From contig CAVRUV010000006.1 of assembly GCA_963724455.1 (NCBI GenBank), forward strand, positions 63,158 through 127,157: 64,000 bases of DNA, read 5' to 3'. This DNA is from an uncultured Candidatus Woesearchaeota archaeon (lineage in GTDB: Archaea; Nanobdellota; Nanobdellia; Woesearchaeales; UBA525). Position 1 is the first letter of the stretch; the number at the start of each line of letters is the position of its first letter. Shown here one piece after another: positions 1-13,900 of the stretch. The position numbers were made by a program, and so were the translations under genes. The notes beneath the pieces are model-generated. The model was not told where the DNA came from. It did no database searches and was given only the letters and a program-made list of their open reading frames with translations.

Positions 1-3000
1 GTTACCAACAATACAGTTTCATTCAACTACACTTCAATGGATACATATTCTCCGTCGATGACTTGTAATTTAACAATTAACGGAACAGTATACTTTTCAA
101 ACACTAATGTTGTAAATGGAACAAATCAAAGCTCTAAAGTAACCATGCACGGCGGCAATGCATCGTATATTTGGAATGTTAGTTGCAACGATAGATCGAG
201 TAATCGCAATACAAGTGAGACTAGAACATTCTATGTTATTGCTCCGCCGGCAATAACGCTTGTTTCTCCAAATAATAATGCGCTCATTTTCGGAAATGCA
301 ACATTTGTCTATAAGCCATATGATCCATATGGACTAATCAATTGTTCACTCATTGTAGATGGTGTAATTGTTAATACAACTTCATCTCCAACAAACAATA
401 GCAACAACAATCTCTACGCCGAAGGCATATTGGGTGGACAACATAACTGGACTGTTGGTTGTTTTGATGTTGATGGTGATTATGGTACCGGACCATACAG
501 AACGATTAGCAATGACCAAACACCGCCGATTGTATTTTCAGAATTCCCTGAAAATGGAAATTATACTCCTAGTAGCACCACAATATTTGGGTGGAATGTA
601 AGTGATGATATTGCAACACAGTTAAGTTGTAGTGTCTATATTGATAGCATCAACAGATCAACCGTGCTTACAAATAATGGTAGTCGTGCAAATGCAACAA
701 TAATAAGAATTGCAGATGGATTGCGTTGGTGGAATGTAACTTGTGTTGATGGGGGAAATAATGCAAACACCAGTGCACCGCGTTCGCTCACTGTAAATCA
801 AACACCAACGCTTACAATACAAAATCCTATAAATAATTATCAAATAAATGTCAGCACAATACTGTTCACATTCACCCCATCAGATAATGATGGTTTTACA
901 AATTGTTCTTTATATTTGAATGGAACAATATATTCCGCAAATACTAGCGCAATCAACAACAGTAATCTCAATAATATCTCTGCAACGTTAACTACTGGAA
1001 AATATTATTGGGCCATTGAATGCATCGATAATGGAACATACTTGAATAGAAATATGAGCACAGATCGCAACATCACTATCAATCTCATACCTCCACGTAT
1101 CGACCTCAATTTGCCTGGTGGTGGTTTTGCAAGCACGGATTCTTGGGTTGTGTTCAATTGGACAGGATATGAGACTTTCCAGCAGAATATTGTGTGTAAC
1201 CTCAGTATTGATAGCATAATAAGCGCAACAAATGTTGTAACCTCTCATGCAGCTACCACTGCAAGAAATATCACAAACATAAATGATAGCAATAATCACT
1301 ATTGGAATGTTAGTTGCGCGGATCCTTCTGGAAACTACAACATTAGCGAGACTCGTCAATTCAGCGTTCAAGAATCTCCAAAAATAACACTGGTTGCTCC
1401 AGCAAATAATACTAGAACAAATAATGCTACACTAAATTTCACATATACTCCGACAGATAATTCAGGCATAATAAACAATTGCTCGCTTATTATTAATGGA
1501 CAAATCAACTCGACAAACAACACCATATATCCTGGAGTTCAAAATAATTTTACCGTAACTGGATTTGGCAATGGAACATATTACTGGAGTATAAACTGCA
1601 CAGATCCTAGCAGCAATACAGGTAATAGTGTACAACGAATATTGCTAATCGACCAAATTGCTCCAGTAATAATATTATATGATCCTGCAAATAATAGCAA
1701 CAAGACTGATGATGTTATGTTTAATTGGACGGCCTATGATTCTGCAGCATCAATAACATGCAATCTTACTTTAGATGGGGTTGTAAATGCAACAATAATT
1801 TCTAGTTCTGGTTCTCAATTCTATCGTCTAGTACAAAATAATAGTTATGGATACCACTATTGGAATGTTACTTGTGTAGATGACTTTGGACAATCAAACA
1901 TAAGCGATACTTACATATTCAATATTCCACCCGCGGAGCTATACATAAATGAAAGCATGATACGCTTCAATAATACTAACCCCAATATTAATGAAACAAT
2001 ACTCATCAGAGCAAATGTAACTAATGTTGGTGGAGTAGATGTGCCGAATGTCACAATTGCATTCTGGGATGGATTACCTTCTGGCGGCGGAATATACATA
2101 GGTAATGTTAGCATAACTATTGCGGTAAATCAGACAGTTACTGCAAATATTTCGTGGAACATAACTTTTGGTATGCACACGATATTTGTTGCAGTAGACC
2201 CAGAAGGAAATATAATAGAAACCTCAAAATTAAACAATAACGCGTCAAGAAATATTAGCGTCTTGCGCGTTAATATACTCACACCGGCAAATGCGTCTGT
2301 TTCTTCTTCTACTACTCCGGCAATAAATTTCACTGTACAAAATGATAGCGGTGGAGATTTCATGTATAAAATATTCGTAGACGGTTCTGCAAATGGTCAA
2401 CAAGGACTCATTACAGATAATACAAGCATTCTCTTAAATATAAATGCACTAAGTGAAGGATTGCATAGAATAATTGTACAAGCAAATGATAGTGCAAAAA
2501 TAAAAAACAGCACCGCTCTTTTTATTACAATAGATACTACCCCTCCTGTTGGAGTATTTTTAACTCTCAATAATACATTCTTTACTGGAACGCCATTGAA
2601 TATAACATTTAGATTAAACGATACTTACGATGCAAATATTGATTATGCAATTTTCGTTAATAATGTCTTGAATATAAGCGGTGTTGTGCCTAATGCAACT
2701 AATACTAACGGAACTCTTACAACGCTCGCAAATGGAATCTATACTTTAATTTTACAAGGACTAGATGATGCAGGCAATATCCAAAATAATACTCCAATAA
2801 ACATATTCGTCGACGGCATAACCCCAAGTCTTGTACAAGATTATCCCGCAAATGGCGCATCTTTTACAAATAGAAGTGTAACTATAAATTTCACTATAGG
2901 TGATAATCTAGATCCTTTATTGCAGTGTAATCTCACCTTTGATGGTACAGTAATTAGACCGTTATTAAACATCAGCAATGGCTCGCAATACAATACAACA

Positions 3001-4860
3001 CTAAATAATCTTGCTGAAGGAACGCATAGTTGGTATGTTGCTTGTTGGGATGGAAATAATGTAGTAAATCAAGTTAATAATCTTAATATAAGTCCTACTT
3101 GGACCTTTGGAGTATACATTAATCCTCTTGTAACTCTTGTTTCTCCTCCAAATAATACAATCACAAACAATCAAACAATAATATTTTACTATAATGTAAG
3201 TGATGAAACTGGTCTTGAAAATTGTAGTATTTTCATTAATGGAACGCTCATTGCAACAACATACACCACAAATATTACCAATAATGCAACGAATAACTTT
3301 ACATTAAACAATCTCAACAATACAAATCTTTGGTCTATTTCTTGCATAGATAATACAACTGCGAACATGATTAACACGACTGTAAATAGAACCATCACTA
3401 TAGATACAATCCCCCCAACAACCATAATTTATACACCCGACTATTCTTGGTTTAATACAAGCACTCCGCGAATAAATATAACTGCAACTGATAATTTTGC
3501 AGCAACAATAAATTGGAGTGCGTTTGTAAATAATAACTTTAATGCAAACGGCACAGTACCTAATGGTGCATCTTCATTGATACAGCTATCAGCACTTGCT
3601 GATGGAATATATGCTGTACTTGTACAAGGAAAAGATGATGCTATAAATGCGCAAAACAGCTCTAGCATCACAATTTATGTCGATACAACTGCTCCGAACA
3701 TAACCTTGCTCACCCCAATAAATGATAGCAATCTATCAGTAACGAATGCGTTGCTGAATTTTACAGTAACTGATAATCTTGCTGCAATCATGCCTTGTAA
3801 TTTAACATATGATGGCTCTGTTGTGGCTGCATATAATTTAACAAACGGTAGTTATGGATTCATAAATATTACAAGCATCCCTAGTGGATATCATTATTGG
3901 AATGTAACTTGCGTAGATAATGCGAGCAATAAAAAAATAAGTCCTACATTCAGATTCTTTATACAAATGCCAGATCTTGCAATTACAACAGACAATATTA
4001 CATTTAGCAATGATACACCTATTGAAAACCAGACAATACAAATTAATGCAACTATATTCAATATAGGATTGTTAGACGATCTTAATGCTACAATAAGATT
4101 CTACCTCGGGGATCCTTCTAGCGGCGGAGTGCAACTTGGTTCAAATCAAAGTGCTAGCCTCCCTATAGGAAGTAACATCACTGTAAGCATCTATTACAAT
4201 GCAACAATTGGTTTACAACAAATCTATGTGCTCGTAAATGGTAGTAATACTGAATCTAACTATACAAACAATAAAGCGCATAAAGATTTCTGGGTAGGGC
4301 TCTTTGAAATATTTGCTGGAAGTTCGGCTAATGACTTGCATATCGGCGACGCCGGCTTCATCTCTGCATTTAGTTGGAATGAAACAAATGTTACGGGAAG
4401 CAATGTATTTGTAGTAGATTCAGAAAGCAATATTGTATTCACTAGATTACAAGCTTTGGGAATAAATATATCAAACGGTACAAGTGCTGGAGCAAATGAC
4501 TTTGCTGAACTTGATACAAAATTAGGAACTACGTTGCTCAATGACAGCATTAATAGAACATTTACTTCCACAGGAGTTCCAAAAACATACGGCAGCATTG
4601 TTGCATTCAAAAATACTATCAATAATGTTTCGATAATAAATAGCACAAATACTGCTTCATTTATTACAGGAATACTCTGGGATACTTCTGACGGTGGATC
4701 ATTCTACAATGGATCACAAGATATTGTCTTTGTTACTGTAATGAATCAAAGTAAAGTAGGACAATATGGAACTTACGACTATGAAATTGCTGTACCTGCA
4801 AAGCTTCGTGATTATATCAATGGGGGAGGAACAATCACATTCTATGCCGAGATAAAATAG
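1..4860 (+). CDS. Giant secreted surface (glyco)protein, 5'-partial: the reading frame is open from nt 1 and the track start at 37 is an internal Met. It carries tandem ~100-aa two-Cys modules, Big-like domains and a CARDB-like domain.
   Basis: 1607-aa ORF with codons 1-36 in frame and no stop. At least 10 copies of a module end in the signature [YW]-W-x-V-x-C-x-D-x-x-G-N...S...R-x-F, each with two conserved Cys. A CARDB-like segment (NETILIRANVTNVGGVDVPNVTIAFWDGLPSGGG) is present. N-x-S/T sequons run at roughly one per 10-12 residues throughout. Confidence 0.8.
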   Translation, partial: VTNNTVSFNYTSMDTYSPSMTCNLTINGTVYFSNTNVVNGTNQSSKVTMHGGNASYIWNVSCNDRSSNRNTSETRTFYVIAPPAITLVSPNNNALIFGNATFVYKPYDPYGLINCSLIVDGVIVNTTSSPTNNSNNNLYAEGILGGQHNWTVGCFDVDGDYGTGPYRTISNDQTPPIVFSEFPENGNYTPSSTTIFGWNVSDDIATQLSCSVYIDSINRSTVLTNNGSRANATIIRIADGLRWWNVTCVDGGNNANTSAPRSLTVNQTPTLTIQNPINNYQINVSTILFTFTPSDNDGFTNCSLYLNGTIYSANTSAINNSNLNNISATLTTGKYYWAIECIDNGTYLNRNMSTDRNITINLIPPRIDLNLPGGGFASTDSWVVFNWTGYETFQQNIVCNLSIDSIISATNVVTSHAATTARNITNINDSNNHYWNVSCADPSGNYNISETRQFSVQESPKITLVAPANNTRTNNATLNFTYTPTDNSGIINNCSLIINGQINSTNNTIYPGVQNNFTVTGFGNGTYYWSINCTDPSSNTGNSVQRILLIDQIAPVIILYDPANNSNKTDDVMFNWTAYDSAASITCNLTLDGVVNATIISSSGSQFYRLVQNNSYGYHYWNVTCVDDFGQSNISDTYIFNIPPAELYINESMIRFNNTNPNINETILIRANVTNVGGVDVPNVTIAFWDGLPSGGGIYIGNVSITIAVNQTVTANISWNITFGMHTIFVAVDPEGNIIETSKLNNNASRNISVLRVNILTPANASVSSSTTPAINFTVQNDSGGDFMYKIFVDGSANGQQGLITDNTSILLNINALSEGLHRIIVQANDSAKIKNSTALFITIDTTPPVGVFLTLNNTFFTGTPLNITFRLNDTYDANIDYAIFVNNVLNISGVVPNATNTNGTLTTLANGIYTLILQGLDDAGNIQNNTPINIFVDGITPSLVQDYPANGASFTNRSVTINFTIGDNLDPLLQCNLTFDGTVIRPLLNISNGSQYNTTLNNLAEGTHSWYVACWDGNNVVNQVNNLNISPTWTFGVYINPLVTLVSPPNNTITNNQTIIFYYNVSDETGLENCSIFINGTLIATTYTTNITNNATNNFTLNNLNNTNLWSISCIDNTTANMINTTVNRTITIDTIPPTTIIYTPDYSWFNTSTPRINITATDNFAATINWSAFVNNNFNANGTVPNGASSLIQLSALADGIYAVLVQGKDDAINAQNSSSITIYVDTTAPNITLLTPINDSNLSVTNALLNFTVTDNLAAIMPCNLTYDGSVVAAYNLTNGSYGFINITSIPSGYHYWNVTCVDNASNKKISPTFRFFIQMPDLAITTDNITFSNDTPIENQTIQINATIFNIGLLDDLNATIRFYLGDPSSGGVQLGSNQSASLPIGSNITVSIYYNATIGLQQIYVLVNGSNTESNYTNNKAHKDFWVGLFEIFAGSSANDLHIGDAGFISAFSWNETNVTGSNVFVVDSESNIVFTRLQALGINISNGTSAGANDFAELDTKLGTTLLNDSINRTFTSTGVPKTYGSIVAFKNTINNVSIINSTNTASFITGILWDTSDGGSFYNGSQDIVFVTVMNQSKVGQYGTYDYEIAVPAKLRDYINGGGTITFYAEIK
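240..3960 (+). repeat. Protein-level tandem repeat: about 10 copies of a ~100-aa module (consensus P-x-I-x-L-x-x-P-x-N-N...F-x-Y...D...C-S-L-x-x-N-G...G-x-Y-[YW]-W-x-V-x-C-x-D-x-x-G-N).
   Basis: Recurring motifs YIWNVSCND, HNWTVGCFD, RWWNVTCVD, YYWAIECID, HYWNVSCAD, YYWSINCTD, HYWNVTCVD (twice), SWYVACWD and LWSISCID at roughly regular spacing. Confidence 0.7.
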
Positions 4861-4944
4861 ATGAAAAATAAATAAAAAATGAATTAAAATAAAAAATATT
4901 TGGATAAAATTACATGAATAAAAATAACAGATAGGAATTAGAAA

Positions 4945-7900
4945 ATGAAAAAAAGATACAAACGCAATTTTACAAATCAAAAAACACTAAGAATAATTGT
5001 GTTTTTCTTATCAGTAATATCTTTATTCTTAATAAATCTCCTTAGCGTGCAGGCTGCTAGCATTTCACAGTACTCATATTCTGTTGGAGAAACTATAATT
5101 ATTCATCCCGCACCCGGCACTAACGAACTTAGTTTGAAATTTGCAAATCAAACCTTCAAATATCTTGGTGCTCCCGATAATAGCATTGCGTATACACCTA
5201 AAATTCCAGGAGAATATATTATAGAAGAATTATTCAATGATGGAAGAATTCTTGAAACAAAATTTTATGTTGCAAAATCAGACTTAAATTGGAATGGTGT
5301 AGGAAAGGGCAATGATTCTGCTCAAGAAATAAACAATACTGAAATAATTATTAATAATACAAATAACACCAATACAAATACTAACAACAATCTAAACAAT
5401 AACACAAATAACAACATAAAAAATAATACCCCTCTTATCAATTCAACAAATGTAATATTTAATACAACAATAAAATTAATTCAAGACGACAATTCTCCAG
5501 TAGATTCTGGAAATGCTCCTTTGTTACAACAAGGCGATTCTAATCTCTTGATGATTACTCCACAATTGGATAATATAATTTCTCTTAAAACAGGAACTCT
5601 TGTAACAAAAATAGTAAATGAAATGGATTCCCGCCAGGCAAATAAAAGAATCAAACTAGTCTCTCCAAGAAATACTGTTTGGAAAGGTAATTTCATTGTT
5701 CGAGATAAAGGAACTACTTATAGAGGAAATCTTGCGGATTTGGGTGCCAATCCTCCACTAAGCGCAGGTACTGAAATAGAAATAACTCCTGAAGTAGACA
5801 GCATAAAAAATATTGTTATGCGCAATGTTGATATGCGTAAAGACATACAAATTGGAATTGATGAACCTGTTTATACAACGATTGACTCCCCGCGAGAAAA
5901 TAGAACATGGGTCAATGCGTTTGCTATCGACCCTACGAACGTTTCATTCACTGATGCAACGGTGTATGCAACGGCCGTAGGAACAGAATTGTACAAATGT
6001 AAAGATTGGTCATTCAATACAAGCACTTGTGATGGTGTATGGATAAAAGTTATGGATATTGTACCGGGACAAGATTATACTATTACAATCACTCCAAACG
6101 ATCCTGGTTTTGCAGAAGCAGTTATTACAACAGGAACAACAAATCTTGGCGACATAAGTAATATTTCTATAAGCGCAAGTATTGTTTCTCCATTTGAAAG
6201 CTGGCCAACCGCAACGAGCATTATTGTTAATAATCCGACCAATCAATCAATAAATGTTTCTGCTGTAAAATTTTCTTCACCAACAGCAATTTTTGGTGTT
6301 GTTACTGGAGTAATGCCAGCCACTGGATGGTCGAGAACTACAACTATTGTTAATTGGAGTGGGTCGATGATTATTCCCCCATATTCGAGTGAAGATTTTA
6401 TTGTAAATATCACAGGATCTAATACTAATAACGTTAATGCTATTGTTAGCATCAATGCAACCACCAATATAACCAATCTTACTAGAACTGGATACGTTAC
6501 GCACACAATATTAACGACTGCCATACAAAGTTCTTCGCTTACATTCCTCAATTCAAGTGGTATGCCTGTTTGTTATTTACCAAACGTACTTCAAAATACT
6601 TCAACAGCATACACTGTAAGTGTAAATAATTATCCTGGAGATGCAGCAGTACAGCTCAATACACTTTTCTTAATACATGTGCCTCAAGGATGGGAAAATT
6701 TGAGTGCTAATGCTCAAACTGGATGGAGTGTGGGAACTGCTAATGGAGATCCTGGTAGTGGCATGTTCTTGAATGCAAAAGTTGCAACTACCACTATTGC
6801 GTCCGGAGCTGCGCGAAACTTCACCTTTAGCGCAACACCTCCTGATGAAGATGGCACATCATTATATCAACCATATATTAGACTTATCGGACCATCAGCT
6901 AGCACTACGCGCGATATTTATACAGTCTTTGAACCAACATTACAATCAGTCAACATAACATCATTACTTAACTATGATGATGGTTTATACGCAGAGACTC
7001 GAACATATGGCGGATCACAACTTGTTGATCATTATATTTCTATTCCTACTCCTGCCGAAAGCACAGCAAATCAATGGGGCTTAGTTGTTGTTAACCCAAC
7101 TAACAATCCAATAAATGTAACACAAATAGATTGGGGTGCAAACCAAAATATCTTCAATACCGTTGCTGCAATAACTCCTGCGGCAACATGGAGTGTTCAA
7201 AGCGCATCAGCTCTTCGCTGGAATGGAACTGTAACAATACCTGCGCGTTCAGCCGCAGAATTTAGAGCAAATGTTGGATTACTAGGAAATGCTAATCTAA
7301 TTGCAAGCATCAGCGTAACTACTACAACAACAAATCGTACAATTGTTTCATCTGAATTCACAACAATGATGCTCAATAGAAATACTCAATATCCCTCTAT
7401 TATGGGCGTCAATAGAACTGGCTCTCAAACATATTTAATGGATAATATTTCTGCAGCAACCAGATATAATTTCACAATTCGTATAAACAATACGGGCGGT
7501 CTTGTAACTGTTCCAATAGGAACAAAATTGGAAATAACTATTCCTCCTGGTTGGTTCAATATTACTGCAGCTACACAAACTGGATGGACAATATATGACA
7601 TCACACAAAACAGCAATCGTGGTGGGGGACTTATACGCGCCATAACTGCAACAACCACAATTGCAAATGGGGGAACAAGAAATTTCTTATTCAATGCTAC
7701 TGCACCAAATGTGGGCTCTAACAGTACATACCGTATTGATGTGCGTTTACTGGGACCAAGCGCATCAAATGTTGCGTATTCGATACAAAGTCTTGCTCAA
7801 ATTGCTGCGCGCGTGGTTCCTGCTCCCGCCACATATGGATTAAGTGTAACACATTTATCGGAGTCTATAGGAAATTCTAGCAATGTCTCTAGCATCATCA

Positions 7901-10900
7901 TCACTTCAATTGCAAAAAGTACTTGGCCAACATCATACAACCTATCGATATACAATACACAAACTGCGATATATGATACAATCAGCACACTAACTTTGAA
8001 CAATACTCCGATCAATACAACTATCTTGTTGGTTGCAAATAGAACATTTAATCCACAAAAATATGTAAATCAAACGCTAGGTACAACAAATTATGGTAAG
8101 GTGCTTGTTGGTTGGTTTACTACAACGGGAAATACAACATCACTCTTAGAAGATCTTCTTATAATTAATATAACACAAGATATCCAACCGCCATTTGTTG
8201 TACTACACGCGCCGGAAAATGATAGTTATTTGAATATTTCTTTGCAATCTCTGCAGTATAACGCTTCTGACGATACCGATCTAATGAATTGCTCTTTGTA
8301 TATTAATGGCATACTCAATTCTACAAATAACTCAATAACCAACGCCAGTACAAATGCGTTTGTAATTAATTTTAGTAATGGAAGATATAATTGGAGTGTT
8401 GGTTGCTATGATCTTGTCTCAAAAACAAATAGAACTGATAATCAAAGTTTTGTAATAGATACGATTCTTCCTATTGTGGGTCTTACAAGTCCGACGGCTG
8501 TAAGTAATTGGAGTGTGAACTCTTTGATATTTACCTACACCCCACAAGACACAAATCTTGCAAACTGTAGCATACTCCTTGATGGCATAATAAATCAAAC
8601 AAATACAACTCCTTTGAGTGGTTTGCAAAATAATTTCTCAATTTTAAATATTCCAGATGGATTACATTACTGGAATATTAGTTGTATAGATCTTGCGCAG
8701 AATATGAATAGTAGTGTTACGTGGAATTTTACTATTGATGTTACTGCGCCTATTTGGAACAGCCCAAATGCTGCTCCTGATTCAAACGTTGTATATGATC
8801 CTGCTAACACCCATGATTTTGACATGAATTGGACTGATGGAAATGGTATCAGTACAGTAATTTTTATGGAGAATTTTACTGGAAATTGGGTAAATCATAC
8901 AACAACACAAAACGGAGATATCTATGCATATGCAACAAGCGCAATTGGTGTAGGATCTTATGCTTGGCGTATGTACGCAAATGATAGCTACAATAATTTG
9001 AATATGAGTGACTTACAAACATATGTTGTTCAGAAAGCAACCCCAGAAATTATGCTTTTGTTAAATGATACTATAGATAATTATCCTATTGATATAAATG
9101 AGAGTGTAAATATTACTGCATTAATGATTACTCCAGCAACGGGGTATCTTGAAATTTACTTGAATGGAACCCTTATTGCTTCAGGAAATAATGCTGTACA
9201 AAACATTTCAACATTTAATACCTCAGGAAAGAAAAACGTTACTGTAGTTTATCCAAGCACTCAAAACTATACTGGCACATCAACAACTCTCTTCATTGTT
9301 ATAGGAGATAAAACTGGTCCGGCCATCAATCAAACAAGCCCTGATAATGGTGGTTTTAGAGGAATGGTAAACACGACTTTTACATTCAATGCTTCGGATG
9401 ATACTGGAATTGACAATTGCACATTACTCATACGCAATAATATATCTGACACAACATCTTGGTGGAGCATTAACTGGTCTGCGCGACAAAAAATAATAAT
9501 ACAAGAGCAAAGCGGTGCAAATCTTTCAAATTATTCTGTACAACTGTTATTGAATAGCACAAACTTTAATTTCGATATTGCGAAACGGAATGGAAGCGAT
9601 ATTCGTGTGTTGCTGATAAATAATAGTGGAACCCAACAACAAATACCTCTATGGATAGAATGGTGGAATCAGACGACAAAGAATGCCAGTGTTTGGATAC
9701 AATTACCATATCTTAACGCGAGTGGTAATAAAACTGTATATCTCTATTATAGTAGTCCAAGCGCGAAAAGCGTATCTGATGGCAACACTACATTCCTTAT
9801 CTTTGGAGAATTTAGTGTCAATAGAATAGGAACATACTGGCAAAGCGCCGATAACGACCTTGTCGCCGGCACGTCATTTAATATATTGAATAATGTATTA
9901 AATATCACCGCTGGTGGTGTAGATACGTGGACTGTAAATGATGAATATGGATCTATTTTCCGTTCGATATCAGGAGATTTTATTGCTGAAATAAAAGTAC
10001 TTAGTCAACAAAATACAAATGCTTGGGCAAAAGCAGGCATCATGGTACGCAATAATATGTCTGCTAGAGCAAGCTCGTTAGGATATGCTTATGCCACAGT
10101 CACTCCTGGACATGGTTATTCCTTTGAAACAGATGTTGTTTCACAAAATGGATTCCTAGATACAAATGTTACTTCTGGAGCTACTTCATATCCTAGTATG
10201 TTACGACTCTTTAAGGTGGGAAATATATTTGGTATGCAATACAGCACAAATAATGGAAGTACATGGACATCAATTTCTCCAAACCAAACCCTCAGTACTG
10301 CAAATTATACACAAGATGTTGGTCTATCCGTAACAAGCCGTGCTGGAGCCACTCTTTCGAGGGTAATATTTGATGATTTTATTGTAAGAAGATACTCTTC
10401 GATTGCCCCGACAATAACTTACGGACGAGTGGACGCATTTTTTGAAAACAATACTAATTTGGGCCCATATACTGTGCCATTCGAAGGAACTTTTGATGTA
10501 AGAGGATTGTTTGAAGCAAACATGAGTTCAAAAATATACTGTTATGATCCTATTGGAAATATAGGCTATAGTAAAATAACAAACTTTACTGTAGACTTTA
10601 CATCACCAAGCTCAGTAACCTTACTAACACCCACAAATAACTCTATTAATAGAAACCAATCACCGCAGTTTACTTGGACGCAAACAACTGAACCTTATTT
10701 TGCAAATTATACACTCATACTCGATACTGCAGCAGACTTCTCAAGTCCAAATTATGCAATAGCAATTACTCCTATAACAAATACTACACTTTTATTTAAC
10801 GAAACATTGCTTCCGAATGTTGCTTGGTATTGGAAAATACGTTCTTATGATTTTGCAGGCAATTATAATGACAGTCTTTCATTCATATATCGTATTGATA

Positions 10901-13900
10901 TTAGTCCGCCTGAAATAACCTTGCAATCCCCACAAAATAATACCTATTACAACATTACCGCCATCAATATCACTTATCTTATTAATGATTTTAGTATAGT
11001 TGCTAACTGCACATTATCTTTGAATGACTCAACCACATATGTTAATAGTAGTTTAAACCAAACAAATCAAAATATTTTTACAATAACAAAATCTGCTGCA
11101 GATTGTCTCTATAATATAACTTGTACAGATATCACAAATAATTTTAATACGACAGAAAATGTGTTATTCCATATAGATACCTCTGCGCCTACACAAGTAA
11201 GTCTTCTAACACCAATAAATAATACATTTACAAATAATAATACTCCTACATTAACCTGGTCGCAAACTGTTGAAAATCATTTTGCCAATTATACTGTTTT
11301 AGTAAGTGACAACAGCACATTCCCTTATACTAATTATACCTATACTATCTATGATCTTTCCACAACAAACTATGTTGTAATAACTCCTTGGAGTGATGGC
11401 ATTTGGTATTGGAAAATAATTGTGTGGGATCTTGCAGGAAATAGCGTCGATCCGGGATTCGTATATACTCTCGACAGCACTCCACCAAACGCATTTGATC
11501 TACTTAGCCCTGTAAATGGCACATCGGATGTTTCATCAACTCCGAACCTTGTTTGGTATCCGAGTGATGATTTGTACTTTACAAATTACACTGTGCTTGT
11601 CAGCGATACAAACACGTTCAGCCACAACAACTATACATATGCAACGTACAATGCGACAAATACTTCTTATCAAGTATCTACACCCTGGACAACAAATACT
11701 ATTTGGTACTGGAAAGTCCTTGCTTATGATAATGCAACAAATGTTCAAAATAGCTCTTCAACATTCATGTATATTGCCGATACTGATAATCCTGTTGTAA
11801 AACTTGTTGCCCCTCCAAATTCTACAAGTTATGCTTCAAATTCTTCGTTAATTCCGTTCACATTTAATGTAACAGATTTAAGCGATATATCTTCATGTAC
11901 ACTCTATGTAAATGGAAGTGTTGATAGTTTTGCATCTGACATGTTTTTTATTGATAAGAATGTAAATCAAACATTTATCACCGCACTATCTAGTGATAAT
12001 TACAATTGGAGTGTATCTTGTATTGATGCTGCAGGAAACACTGGATATAGTGCTGTGTGGAATATTAGCATAAATGTGACTCTACCAAAACAGCGATGGT
12101 ATGATACCGCTCTAGAAAATACTCCACAAACAAACGCTTCACAAAATTGGAGCGCAATGATTGTATATGGAAATGCTACAGCTGCTGCAATAGTAAATAC
12201 CGTTCCTAAATATCGTATTTGGGACGGGAATGCTTGGAGTGCAGAAAGTAGTCTTCCTGATTCGGGAAGCCCTCTTCGTTGGGTAAAGATGGCCTCTAGT
12301 CCAATTCTTAGTAGAGCGAGTGAAAAAATAGCCGTTACATTAAGCAATGATGGTTGGCTTGATGCATATGTGTGGAATGGAAGTGCGTGGACTGCATACA
12401 ATAATATTGCAAGTGTTGGAACAACAAATAATGCGTATGGCTCATTTGATATTGAATATGAAAACCAACGCGGTAGAGCTATGCTGTTATACGCAGTAAA
12501 TAGCACAAATTCCGCTGAAGATCTAGCATATCGTATATGGAATGGTTCTGGCTGGCAACCACAAGTGGGTGTTAATGATCCTCTCAACACAACAGATATT
12601 TCTGTTGGATATATAAAACTCGTAAAAAATCCTGATTCTTCTTCAAATGAGCTCGCGAGCGCGTACATTGATGTCACTGATGCCGATGCAAGAGCGATGA
12701 TCTGGAATGGAAGTGCTTGGCAATCATTTATCAATATAACTTCTGCAATTAGCATTGCTACAGAAGAAGATATAGGTATAGCTTACGAACAACAAAGTAA
12801 GAAAATTTTAGCTGTTGCGGGTACAGGTTCGACTGTTGCTTTTGCATTTTATAATAGAACTAGTTGGAATCGAACAGGAACAACAGATATCAATCCGTCT
12901 GCGGCCGTAGTTACTAATTGGCTCACATTAAAACCAAATCCTGTAGGTAACGAAATAATGATTGGTGGTTTAGATGCTGGTTCAGACTTCTCAACTGCGT
13001 TATGGTCAAATGGTGTGTGGAGTGGAGCATTGCGTCATGATGCCACCTCTGATGGTAATACTCGAAGAATGGCAGATTTTGAGTGGGAATCAACCGGTAA
13101 TAATGGAATTGTTATGTGGGGAACCACCTCGGGGCAAGTAGATTATAAAACTTATAATGTAGGAACTGGTTGGGGAGCACAAAACAATGTAGTAACGAGC
13201 GCATCAACACACGCGTGGATCTGGCTTGTAAAAAACCCAAACAATGCCACTGGAGATGTAAAAATACTAGGGGGTATTGAAGATGCTGCCGCTCTTCTTG
13301 AGGGTGTTCGTTGGGTTGGTTCGACTCCTCCTGTTAGACAAGCAAATGCATTTACTACAAATCAAGGAAGCGTCACATATAGGATATTTGATATTGCTTA
13401 TGATAATTATGCACCAAGGACCACATCATACAATAATTATTCTCTAAATATGAGTATTGATTCAACTCCTAATGTTGTTTCTATAATAAGCAGCACAACT
13501 AGTGGCGGACTAACATTATTAAACAATGCTACAAGTTATCCTATGAGAAATTATAGTGCGCTTGGATTACTAATACCTCGTGGCGGCATTGTACGATTTT
13601 CTGCACTATTGTCTAGTATGAATCAAAATGTCAGCTATATTACGTGGTCTATTTTCGGAGTAAATAGTACGAGTGAAGTACTTATCTGTACGAAGGGGAA
13701 TTACACCAGAAATAGTAGTCTTGCTGTCCCGATTGATAAGAATGGTATAAACATCTATACTGGTATTTGCAGTCCTCAGAATAATACAATAATAACGCCA
13801 GAAAAATCTTTACGAGTGTATATGTACATTAATTCTAGTGTAGAAAATACAATTACTAAATTCATAGATAATCTTTCAACATATGTAGAAATTGATGGGT

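Noticed and set aside
12000-12755. 251-aa minus-strand ORF inside the 3511-aa gene.
   Set aside because: It is antisense to a clearly coding, repeat-containing region. It has no independent support and a hydrophobic, low-complexity translation.
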